This document shows positions 27,090 through 36,541 of a stretch of DNA of 64,000 bases, piece after piece (position 1 is the first letter of the stretch; each line of letters opens with the position of its first letter). The stretch is from positions 1,377-65,376 of the IMG/VR virus record IMGVR_UViG_3300030388_001525. One strand, 5' to 3'. The notes under the pieces were generated by a model. That model did not search any database and was not told the DNA's origin. It was given only the letters and a program-made list of their open reading frames with translations. Origin of the DNA: a virus (taxonomy: Duplodnaviria; Caudoviricetes). Made by a program: the position numbers and the translations under genes.

Positions 27090-30000
27090 ATATACTTTCT
27101 AAATATTCTTTACGTCTTTTCGCTTTTTCTTTACGTCTTCTCGTTTTTTCAGCTTCATAGTATTCGTTTTTAGCTTCATTAACTTGTTCTTTATATCCTG
27201 GAATATATCTCTTTTTTTCAGCTTCTGTTAATTTTAACTTTGGCGACTTACCTCTATCTTGCATATAATTACTATATCCCATTAATTTTAATAAAGCCTC
27301 ACCAAAACCTTCAGCCTCACCTATAGTAGACAAGTTACCAAATAATTTTTTAACTTGATTAGCAGGTATTCCTGTTAGTTGAATAAACTCTATATAGAAT
27401 TTATCCATATTTTTCTTTCTTGTCTTTTCAGTTTTAGCTGCTCCTGCTGCGGTATAAAGAACACCTAAACGAGTTATAACTTCTAATGCAGGTAAACTAT
27501 CTGGAACAGCTCCCCATTTCTTACCTAACGCAAGATCTTTTAAGCCACTTAATGCACTCCCTAATAAAAATATTGCATTTAAATTACCTAAAATAGCAGC
27601 TGTTCCTAATTCTTTTTTGTCTTCATCATCTAAACTTCGAAGAAGTCCAGGGAATCCTTGAGATGCGTATTGAAACAAAACGGGCATAGCAAAATGATAA
27701 AGCAACAAAGTTCTTACGTTTTGTGTTACAGTTCCTTTACCTGCACTCCTATCCCATGCAGCAAGTTTTCTGTATAAATTTCTTGTAGCTACAACCTCTC
27801 TTCTAAAATATTGTTTTGGTGTTGTTAAAAACATATTAAAAGCCCTATACAATGGCCCTTGTGTTTGATAGTAATCTTTATCTTGTAAGTCGTATGATTG
27901 CTGAGTTTTTAATGCATCTTTTTCAAACTTAATAATTGCATAATCTATTGCAGCTTGGTCATTAACTTTAGCACCAGGATTGTTTTTAACATACTGATCT
28001 TTATAATATAAGTAATTAGGAATTCCACCAATAATAATAGCACCTTTATCACCAGTCATTGTAGTTAACATTAAAATTTTTGTAATTTTATTTAACTGAT
28101 CAGAACCTGCAAATGGAAACATTTTTTTAAACTTTGCATCTTCATAGTTTTCAATATTTCTTTCAATCGGTGTTCCTTCAATTTTAATCTTCTTACCATC
28201 TACAATTTGATAATAACCATATCTATCTTGTAAGACTACAGAGTTATCCATCATTTCACGATAGACACCACTGACTCCTTTTTTTCTTGAGAATGCCCCT
28301 ATAACAGCTTTAGAACCATATTTAATCCAATTCCCATACCCTATGTCGTTTCCAAAAGTAGGAATAGATGTAAGCTGTTTAGCCACTAATGTAAAGTTAG
28401 CTCCTAATCTTGATAAAAGAAAAGTAGTATTTATTGCATTAAGCCATTTCACTTGCTTTACACCTAACTGACTACCTTTGTTAGCTATTTTCTTTATAGA
28501 ATCTTCAATGAACATATTTACATCTTGTCCATGAAGTTCTCTTATTGCTGTTTTTACAAGAGGATCAACAAAAAATTTATTTACATCCCTAACAACTTCT
28601 CCATAAGCAGCAAAATATTCCATATCACGTGTGTAATTTAATAAAGAGTTATCTCCATCAACTCCTATCACAGCTTCACTACTTTGTCTTCTTGCTAATG
28701 TAGAATTAGCTTGTACATTAAAATAAACATTATTTCCTCCTTCATCTAATATTGACAACCCTTCAGTATCTTCTGGGTTTTCTCTATACAACCTTCCACC
28801 ATAATACGGATTAGACGGCATTGAAGTTCTGTAAAGTTTTTGATATGTTTGATTGTAATGATCATACTGCATAGGAAAATATACTTCTGTTTGCCAATCT
28901 GCCCATTTTTTTACATTTTCAGTTAAAGCATTTTCTATACTTTTTAAAGTTTGATCAGCTTCATTTTTTAATTTTACATTTTCATATAATATATCACCCG
29001 TATTACTTACAACAATATTACCTTTAGAATCATATTTAGGAAGATTTATTATCAAAGAGCTAAAAGTATTTTCTAATGTTTTACTGTTACCTTCTTTTAT
29101 GTTTCCGTTTTTATATCTTAGATTAGGATCTTTAAACTGATTGTAATAGTAATACATTTGATTTTGACTTATTAAAATAGAATTATCTAAAATCTGTTGT
29201 TCTAACTTAGCAATCAAATCTTCTTGTAAAGTAGTTGATAATGTCTTATCTTTTTTTACTTTTTCTATTTCTTGTCTAAGTCTTTTTTCTCCAATTTTAC
29301 TTCTTACAATTCCATAATCTTCAGTAATACCATTCTTTTTTACTTCTTTTCTATACTTAGACCCATATATTTCTTCAAGCTTTACTTGAACAATAGTTTG
29401 GTTTCGAATTTGTCTACCTTTAAATACTCGTGTTGCAGCTCTTATACCATCAGCCACAAATTCTTGTAAAAATCCCCCAAACAATTCACCAGATGACATA
29501 GACACTCTATCTAACAAACCTGATAAATCTTCAGCTGATTGAATAAAAGATGTATCTAAAGCGTTTAATATTTTTTTAGTTATAGCAGCACCTACTTGTT
29601 GTACACGTTTTATTTTAGATGGCGTACCAGGTAAATTTTTACCTTGAGTTTCCAACATCGTCTGAGCAATCTTTTTTTGTTCGCTAAAATTATTTATTTG
29701 TTTATCTCTCACAGCTTTTTTCAAAGCGTTACTTTGTTTTTGTGTAAGACCTTTATCTTTTTCTTTTACATACTTGTCAATAATTTTTCCTAACTCATTG
29801 TTTTGTCCTTGATTTTCTTCTATAACAACTTTTAAAGCTTCTTCAAATGTTAAATCTCTCCACTCAATATCTAATCCAAGAATTTCTTTTATACCAAGTG
29901 AAAGATTTCTACGATATTTTAATCTATCAACTCTTAATTGTTCTTGCATTTCTGAAACACCTTCTACTTGCAAAACTCTTAATCCACTTATTATATTGTC

Positions 30001-33000
30001 TAATTGCTCTGTCAAACCTGCACTATCAAGGTCAGATAATTGAGCTTCTAATAATTTCATAGATAAATCTATATCGGCTAACCTTGCGTTTTGTTCTGGT
30101 GTAGCAACCTCATCATTAGTTTTCTTTAACAGCTCATCATATTCTTCTCTTAATTTTGTTATACGTGTGTTTATAACATTAGTATTTACTACTCCTTGCT
30201 TGTTAGTAATTTTTAAAAGATTAGTTTTTATATAGTCAAGACGTTTTCTTACATTTTCACTTATTCTTACACCTTTAAATCTTCCTCCTTCTATCTTAGT
30301 AGATTTGAGATTTATTATTTTATTAATAGTTTTGTTAAGCTCTATATTAGCTTTTGTAGTAGCTATCTTTAAAATCTCTTCTACCACTGCAGGAACTTCG
30401 GCTTTAGTTTTTAAAGCAGTTATTTTATCTATTAAAACACCTATCTCTCCTTTAGTATAATCTACATTACGAGGAATAACATTTCTAATATAATTTCTTA
30501 AAAATACTTGAATTTCTCTTAATTGAAGTTTTGCAAACTCTTTATCTTTTAATACTTTAGTAAGTTTCTTTACATTCTCAGCATTGTAATAATTTGGTGA
30601 AGGATTTAAAGCCAACATAACATCTCTTTCTAATAAAACTGATAATGAAGTGTTTACTCCAGCAGATTTAAACTCTGATGTTGATCTCATATATTCTAAA
30701 ACCTCATCAACAATTTGTTCTTGAGACTTTATAATTCTGGTTTTCATACCAAACTCAGTAAATGTTATATACCCTTTATCAGTTTGCTTTTTCTTAGAAT
30801 TTTTTTCTAATTTTTCATTGTAAGATTCATCGATTCTTTTTCGATTTATTAATTTAACATATTTAGAAGTTACCTTCATTAATAATTGTAAACCACTTTT
30901 TATTCCTCCTGGTAGATTTGCAAAGCTTTTAGGCATTACTTTAAAATAATCTTGAGTAGCAATCTCTAAAGCGTCTGATATTTCTTTTCTACCAAACCCT
31001 CTTCTTCTTAAGTATCTTGCTATTGTGTCTCTTTGAAAATTAGCATCTATGGCTTTACCTACTATGCTAAGTATATCATTGTCGTTTTTAAAATAGTTTT
31101 CACTCTCAGAACCATCTTCAATTCGTGATGACTTTTTATTAAAATCACCTGCTACTTTAACTGGATTAACTCTTTTACCTCCTAATTCTCTAAAATAATA
31201 ACCATTTAGTTCTCTCGATCCATAACTATAAAAAGTTGGAACAGGTTCAAGTCCTAACTCTTCTGCTTTTTTCTTAAATTGATATTCATTAAAATTAAGG
31301 TTGTTAATTATACCCGTCTTTTCATTCATATCATAAGATTTAGCAAAGTCATATCTTAATCGAGCAATACTTTTTGTTTTTTTCCCTGGTTCTACTACAA
31401 GAGAATTGTAAAAATTTATTAAATCAGCTTTTTTAGATGCATCATTTTGAGCATCTTGCCACTTATCCATGTACATGTCAAACATTTTGCTTGACCTTTT
31501 TTCAAAACTTGGCTCAACTTTTTGGATTTCGGATTTTACAGTAGCTACTTTAGGGCCTGAGCCTGCACTACTGGAAACATTAGATGTCTCAAAGTTTTTA
31601 GTATTTTCTCTGGTAGAAACATTAGGCCCTGATTTATTGTATTTAGTATACGAATCAGTAACCTCAGTACTTTGATAAAAATTTGTAGGCTGTACAATAG
31701 CATTTACTTTAGCTTTTACTGTCCAAGCAAATGATGGATGATAATCTACATCTCCCTTTTTTGGTTTAGTCGGAGTTTCAAAAGTTGTATTGTCAAATTC
31801 AATAACACCTATAATATCAAAAGCACTACTTCCAACATTCATAGGGTCTTCTAATAATTCAGCAAATTGAGTTTTGTTTTTAACACCTAAATGTTTTTGA
31901 ACTTTTTCATTAGCGGCAATTTTATCATTTAATATCTTCCTTAATTTTGGTGAAAAATTATTATTAATATCTAACTCATCTACGAGTTTCTTTGGGTTTT
32001 CTATGTACGTGTCTAAGTTTTTTAGTTCTTCAAATTTACCAGTCTTATCAGCATTTTTTGCGTTTTTATTAAATATAGCTAAAGCTGTTTTACCATTTTT
32101 ACTTTCTAAACCACTATTAAAACTTTCAATTAACTCTTCATTAGTTAATACGTTATTATCTAATAATTTTTCAGTTAATTGCTCAAAAATATTTTGTTGA
32201 AATTGCCAAGAACCATCTTTAGTTCCTACATGTGGGGCAAATAAATTAGCTTTACCTTCTACCGCACTTTTAATAAATGTTTCAGCTTGTGCTTTAGTAT
32301 TAAAAGCAGCAATATTAGATACATCACCTATTTTTAGATTTTGTTTTTCCATCATTAATGGAACGTAATTTTTACCTCCTTCTAAATCTAATACAATGCC
32401 TCCACCTATATCAGTAAGTCCAGCATTAGTAAAGTCATACATATTAGTAACAAATTTTTGTCCTTCAAATGCTTCTAAAGATTTCATCGTAATGTACTTA
32501 TTAAAAGCTCTCGGGTCATTAGAAATATTGGGTGCAGCTGTAGACTTACTTGACTTTTTAATATCTAATTTTCCTACTTGACCACCTTCTCCTTGCTCTT
32601 GCTCAACGTCTAATTCTGATTTTACAAGTTTTTGCAAAGGCTCAAGATCAGTCTTACTAACTTTGTCTCCTGTATCAAGCTTCACAGCTAAAGAAGTCAT
32701 CATATCTACTATTTCATTATCAGATGCGGTCAACACATTAAACCCTAATCTTTTTAAAGCTTTTTGAGCTGCTTCTGGAAGTTTGTTTATTATAGCATCT
32801 ATAAATCTTCTAACTACACTTTTGTTTTTACTATCTAAAGTTTTGTAATTTTCAGATATAATTCTAAATATTTCAGCTAACTCTTCTTCGCTTACTTCTT
32901 CTTTTGCATAATTACCTTTTCTAATAAACTCATCAATAGCAATCTGATTTGTTTTAGAAAGTCTTCCAGAATTTTTAATAATTTCAAGCATTCTATTAGT

Positions 33001-36000
33001 AACATTTCGGGCTACTATACTGTTTCCTCCTAAGTTTCTAACGCTTTCTATAAGAACTGCGTGAAAAACTTCATGAGCAATAACATTTTTACCAGATTTC
33101 GCAGCCTCAGTAACATTTATATATATAGTCTTATTAGCTGGGTTATAAGCACCTGATTCTATAAATTTAGAATTAAGATTAGCAGCAACTTCATTATACA
33201 CATCAGAATTTTCTATGAGTTGTATTTTTACTTGTTTTAAAATAGGAAGTTTGCTTATAAATCTTGCTGCTTTTTTTGCTCTATCAAAAATTTTTAATCG
33301 TCCTTGTCTATTCTCAGGGTTTTTAGATTTATTCTTAGAATTTTTTTGTAAATTTTTATAAGGTTTTTTCTTTCCCTTAACTGGGTCTCCAAAGATTTGT
33401 TCTATATCTTCATCTTCTTTTTCTTCCCTTGCTATTTCCTTTTTGGTCTTCTTTTTACCTTTAGTTTTGTTTTCTTCTTGGCTCTCAACGGCAGGCTTCC
33501 CTTTGGTGTCTCCTTCTCCCACCTCTTCGCTATCTCGGGCAGGTTCTGATACATCCAAGCTCTCTGTTTTTGACTTAAAAATGGCATCTTTTTCTTTTTT
33601 TATTTGTTTACGTGTAGGTTTTTTATTTCCTTTTTCTTTTAAAGAAGCTATAGCTTCTTCGTCTGTTGTCTCTTGTACAACCTCGTCTATGTCACCTTCA
33701 ACTATCTCTTCATCTATTTGATCTTCTACATTTTCTTCTGCTAATTCAACTAACGCTTTATCAATTGCCTCAACTTCACTTTGTTCTTTTACTGTTAGTT
33801 CTTTTTCTTTTCCGTCAATAATAACATTTAGTTCTTGTTTTCTTAAAACTAATGATAAAGCTTTTCTTCGATTTTCAGGAGTTAAATCAGTTTGAACACC
33901 CATTGAATTCATTGCCCCTGTTAACCTTTCAAAATTATATACCTCAACATCAGCATCAGCTTGAGTTTTATCTCCGTTTATAACTTGATTTTGTAATTCA
34001 AGCATAAACAGTTTTTTAAAACCATGATAATCGTTTTTGTTTTGCACCATTCTTTCAAACAGTCCATACGTTTCATCACTGATACTCTCAAGATTATCTC
34101 TTGTTGTTGCGTTATATATTGCTCCTACTGAAGATATTGCTGCTCCTCCTATGGCTTCTAATAAAGAAGATTTTGCAATTTGCTTATAATATTCTGAACT
34201 AAATGCTTCGGGTGTTTTAAATTTATCTTCACCATCAACTAAATTAAATAATCTTTTTATATTAATTTCTGAAATTTCTTGTAACAATCCTGTTTCTGCT
34301 TCTGCTATAGCTCCCGCTGTAATATACAAACTTGCTCTTTTAACTGGGTTTGTAACTACATCTGTAACAATGTCTGTAAATCCTTTAGCCGTTGTTCTTC
34401 TTGTAGTTTGTCCTAATGCAGTTTTTAAAGCTGCACCAATAAAATTCTGTCCTTGTTCTAAATTTCTAAAACCAGCAACTTCTAAAATAGAACTTGTAAT
34501 AGCGATTGGTAAAATAGCCATTTTCTTTTGTTGTTCACTTACAAATTGAAAATTAGGATTATTTTCCATTTCTTTATTTAAACCATCTGTAATAAACATT
34601 GACATCTGTATTGACCTTTGCGCTCCTTGTCGAGATGTCATATATTTTAATGCATTCCTAAACATCGGTTTTAATCCTGCAACAGCTTTAATAGGATTTT
34701 TTCTTCCTTTACCCCCCAATGTTATCATTGCTGGTAAACTTTCAATACCTCCTAATATTCCTTTCCAAACAAACCATTTGTTTTTCATATTAGCATCAGC
34801 TTCTTCTGACACATCAGAGCTTCCAAGAACATCTGTAAATATATTTCTTACACCATTAAAGTATTTCCCTCCCATGGCATCTTCTTCATAACCTGCTAAA
34901 AGACCGTCTTCATTTTTACCTAATTCATCTGTTCCTTTAATAAATCTTTTGTCTCTTTTTAATCCTTGATCTCGAGCTAATTCAGAATATTTATTTAAAT
35001 TAATCTCTCCTTTGGGTGTAAATAGTATGCCGTCTTCAGGACTTTCAATTGATGTCTTTTGTTTTACATTTCCCAATAATGTAATTATTTTTTTAATTGT
35101 TTCAAATTGGTCGTCTGAAATATTTTTTAAATCAAAATTTTCAGTTTCAGAAAAATTTCTTAAAACTGCATTATACACATCAATATTTTCATTTTCAATA
35201 ACTTTCATAAAGTCCAACCTAAATTCTGGTTTAGATTGAGTCAGTCCTTCTTCTCTACCAAAAGCTTCAGTAAAATCTTGTATTCCAGGTAAAACAGGCA
35301 TGCCAAGAATTTCTACACCTTCATATAAAACGTCCATTACACCCCCCGAAATAGATGCTAAAATCCCACCAACAGTATCTAATAAAGCATTTACAATAGC
35401 ACCATCGAAATCAAATTGACTCTCTTTAAAAGTTACATATTTACCTGCCTCAAAAGAAATTTCTTCGGTTTCTGTTTTAAATTTTGACAACTCATTGGTT
35501 AATAGTTCTCTTCTTTTTTCTAATAACTCTCTATTTTCAGTGTGTTCATTAAAAGATTCTACAAACTCTGGGTCTTCATACATTGCAGCATCTGCTTGTT
35601 CAAAAATTAAACTTTTTGAATCAAATTCTGTTTTTAAAGCAATATATTCTTTTTGTCTTTCTATAAAGCCAGTTTGCTTTTCTTGTAGCTTGTTAGTAGC
35701 TTCTTGAACTTGCTTCATGCTAAAATATTTTTCAGCATTTTTTGTTTGTTGTTTCTCTAAATCTAACTCACGAGACTCTTGAGTCATATTGTTACGCATA
35801 AAATCTCTTAGCTTTTCAGCTTGTTGAGTTTCCCCATCAAATATATTACCGAATACAGGGTCTAAATTTATAGTTGTTGTTTCTCCGTTAGGTGCAGTAA
35901 CACTCATGCCATCAAGGCCGTCCCAAAAACTACCACCTTCTTCAAATTTAAAACCATATTCTCCAAACAAATAATTTAAACGTGGAACAGCATCTTGCTC

Positions 36001-36528
36001 TTCTACATCAATTTGATATTCGTTTATAGTTGCTAATGATTTTTCAAATGCAGTTGCTCCTTCGGGAACTACAATGGTTTCTAAATTAGATTTTTCTTTA
36101 GGTTCGTATGAAACATCAAGTGCTTCCGTTTTTCCTGAATATTTGTTTGAACCAGAGGTTAAGTCACTAAACTGAAACTCTTCATTTCTAATTTCTTGAT
36201 TTTTATACCCTTGATTATCTCTAAGCAGTGTTTTGAATTCCGATGAACCATCCTCGCCATCTGATTCCAAATTGTCTTTTTTTTTTAACTGACCCTCTGA
36301 TACTAATGAATCAAAATTATTTGAATATTGTTTTCTCAACATTGACTCCGCAACTACAGATCCGTTAGGAGTAACATATAGTGTGTTACCAGTATTTTCT
36401 TCAGAAGCAGCTTCTTCTACTAACTTTAATGTTCCGTCAGCAATTAATGCATCAAATTTTTCTCCATAATTATCCCTTAAAACTTGTTCTTCAACTATTT
36501 GACCGTTTGGAGTTTTGTATTTATTCAT
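27076..36528 (-). CDS. Giant internal virion/ejection protein with an HExxH metallopeptidase-like motif
   Basis: 3150 aa, placed after the ejection genes; HEVFH at 33061-33075 with a downstream EELAE. Confidence 0.7.
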   Translation of the reverse strand: MNKYKTPNGQIVEEQVLRDNYGEKFDALIADGTLKLVEEAASEENTGNTLYVTPNGSVVAESMLRKQYSNNFDSLVSEGQLKKKDNLESDGEDGSSEFKTLLRDNQGYKNQEIRNEEFQFSDLTSGSNKYSGKTEALDVSYEPKEKSNLETIVVPEGATAFEKSLATINEYQIDVEEQDAVPRLNYLFGEYGFKFEEGGSFWDGLDGMSVTAPNGETTTINLDPVFGNIFDGETQQAEKLRDFMRNNMTQESRELDLEKQQTKNAEKYFSMKQVQEATNKLQEKQTGFIERQKEYIALKTEFDSKSLIFEQADAAMYEDPEFVESFNEHTENRELLEKRRELLTNELSKFKTETEEISFEAGKYVTFKESQFDFDGAIVNALLDTVGGILASISGGVMDVLYEGVEILGMPVLPGIQDFTEAFGREEGLTQSKPEFRLDFMKVIENENIDVYNAVLRNFSETENFDLKNISDDQFETIKKIITLLGNVKQKTSIESPEDGILFTPKGEINLNKYSELARDQGLKRDKRFIKGTDELGKNEDGLLAGYEEDAMGGKYFNGVRNIFTDVLGSSDVSEEADANMKNKWFVWKGILGGIESLPAMITLGGKGRKNPIKAVAGLKPMFRNALKYMTSRQGAQRSIQMSMFITDGLNKEMENNPNFQFVSEQQKKMAILPIAITSSILEVAGFRNLEQGQNFIGAALKTALGQTTRRTTAKGFTDIVTDVVTNPVKRASLYITAGAIAEAETGLLQEISEINIKRLFNLVDGEDKFKTPEAFSSEYYKQIAKSSLLEAIGGAAISSVGAIYNATTRDNLESISDETYGLFERMVQNKNDYHGFKKLFMLELQNQVINGDKTQADADVEVYNFERLTGAMNSMGVQTDLTPENRRKALSLVLRKQELNVIIDGKEKELTVKEQSEVEAIDKALVELAEENVEDQIDEEIVEGDIDEVVQETTDEEAIASLKEKGNKKPTRKQIKKEKDAIFKSKTESLDVSEPARDSEEVGEGDTKGKPAVESQEENKTKGKKKTKKEIAREEKEDEDIEQIFGDPVKGKKKPYKNLQKNSKNKSKNPENRQGRLKIFDRAKKAARFISKLPILKQVKIQLIENSDVYNEVAANLNSKFIESGAYNPANKTIYINVTEAAKSGKNVIAHEVFHAVLIESVRNLGGNSIVARNVTNRMLEIIKNSGRLSKTNQIAIDEFIRKGNYAKEEVSEEELAEIFRIISENYKTLDSKNKSVVRRFIDAIINKLPEAAQKALKRLGFNVLTASDNEIVDMMTSLAVKLDTGDKVSKTDLEPLQKLVKSELDVEQEQGEGGQVGKLDIKKSSKSTAAPNISNDPRAFNKYITMKSLEAFEGQKFVTNMYDFTNAGLTDIGGGIVLDLEGGKNYVPLMMEKQNLKIGDVSNIAAFNTKAQAETFIKSAVEGKANLFAPHVGTKDGSWQFQQNIFEQLTEKLLDNNVLTNEELIESFNSGLESKNGKTALAIFNKNAKNADKTGKFEELKNLDTYIENPKKLVDELDINNNFSPKLRKILNDKIAANEKVQKHLGVKNKTQFAELLEDPMNVGSSAFDIIGVIEFDNTTFETPTKPKKGDVDYHPSFAWTVKAKVNAIVQPTNFYQSTEVTDSYTKYNKSGPNVSTRENTKNFETSNVSSSAGSGPKVATVKSEIQKVEPSFEKRSSKMFDMYMDKWQDAQNDASKKADLINFYNSLVVEPGKKTKSIARLRYDFAKSYDMNEKTGIINNLNFNEYQFKKKAEELGLEPVPTFYSYGSRELNGYYFRELGGKRVNPVKVAGDFNKKSSRIEDGSESENYFKNDNDILSIVGKAIDANFQRDTIARYLRRRGFGRKEISDALEIATQDYFKVMPKSFANLPGGIKSGLQLLMKVTSKYVKLINRKRIDESYNEKLEKNSKKKQTDKGYITFTEFGMKTRIIKSQEQIVDEVLEYMRSTSEFKSAGVNTSLSVLLERDVMLALNPSPNYYNAENVKKLTKVLKDKEFAKLQLREIQVFLRNYIRNVIPRNVDYTKGEIGVLIDKITALKTKAEVPAVVEEILKIATTKANIELNKTINKIINLKSTKIEGGRFKGVRISENVRKRLDYIKTNLLKITNKQGVVNTNVINTRITKLREEYDELLKKTNDEVATPEQNARLADIDLSMKLLEAQLSDLDSAGLTEQLDNIISGLRVLQVEGVSEMQEQLRVDRLKYRRNLSLGIKEILGLDIEWRDLTFEEALKVVIEENQGQNNELGKIIDKYVKEKDKGLTQKQSNALKKAVRDKQINNFSEQKKIAQTMLETQGKNLPGTPSKIKRVQQVGAAITKKILNALDTSFIQSAEDLSGLLDRVSMSSGELFGGFLQEFVADGIRAATRVFKGRQIRNQTIVQVKLEEIYGSKYRKEVKKNGITEDYGIVRSKIGEKRLRQEIEKVKKDKTLSTTLQEDLIAKLEQQILDNSILISQNQMYYYYNQFKDPNLRYKNGNIKEGNSKTLENTFSSLIINLPKYDSKGNIVVSNTGDILYENVKLKNEADQTLKSIENALTENVKKWADWQTEVYFPMQYDHYNQTYQKLYRTSMPSNPYYGGRLYRENPEDTEGLSILDEGGNNVYFNVQANSTLARRQSSEAVIGVDGDNSLLNYTRDMEYFAAYGEVVRDVNKFFVDPLVKTAIRELHGQDVNMFIEDSIKKIANKGSQLGVKQVKWLNAINTTFLLSRLGANFTLVAKQLTSIPTFGNDIGYGNWIKYGSKAVIGAFSRKKGVSGVYREMMDNSVVLQDRYGYYQIVDGKKIKIEGTPIERNIENYEDAKFKKMFPFAGSDQLNKITKILMLTTMTGDKGAIIIGGIPNYLYYKDQYVKNNPGAKVNDQAAIDYAIIKFEKDALKTQQSYDLQDKDYYQTQGPLYRAFNMFLTTPKQYFRREVVATRNLYRKLAAWDRSAGKGTVTQNVRTLLLYHFAMPVLFQYASQGFPGLLRSLDDEDKKELGTAAILGNLNAIFLLGSALSGLKDLALGKKWGAVPDSLPALEVITRLGVLYTAAGAAKTEKTRKKNMDKFYIEFIQLTGIPANQVKKLFGNLSTIGEAEGFGEALLKLMGYSNYMQDRGKSPKLKLTEAEKKRYIPGYKEQVNEAKNEYYEAEKTRRRKEKAKRRKEYLESIYGQP

Positions 36529-36541
36529 ATTAACCGTTTTC

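Noticed and set aside
27076-36528. Giant protein as a crAss-type virion RNA polymerase
   Set aside because: The only near-motif I found is FDFDGA, which lacks the third Asp of DxDxD; not supportable without a structure search.
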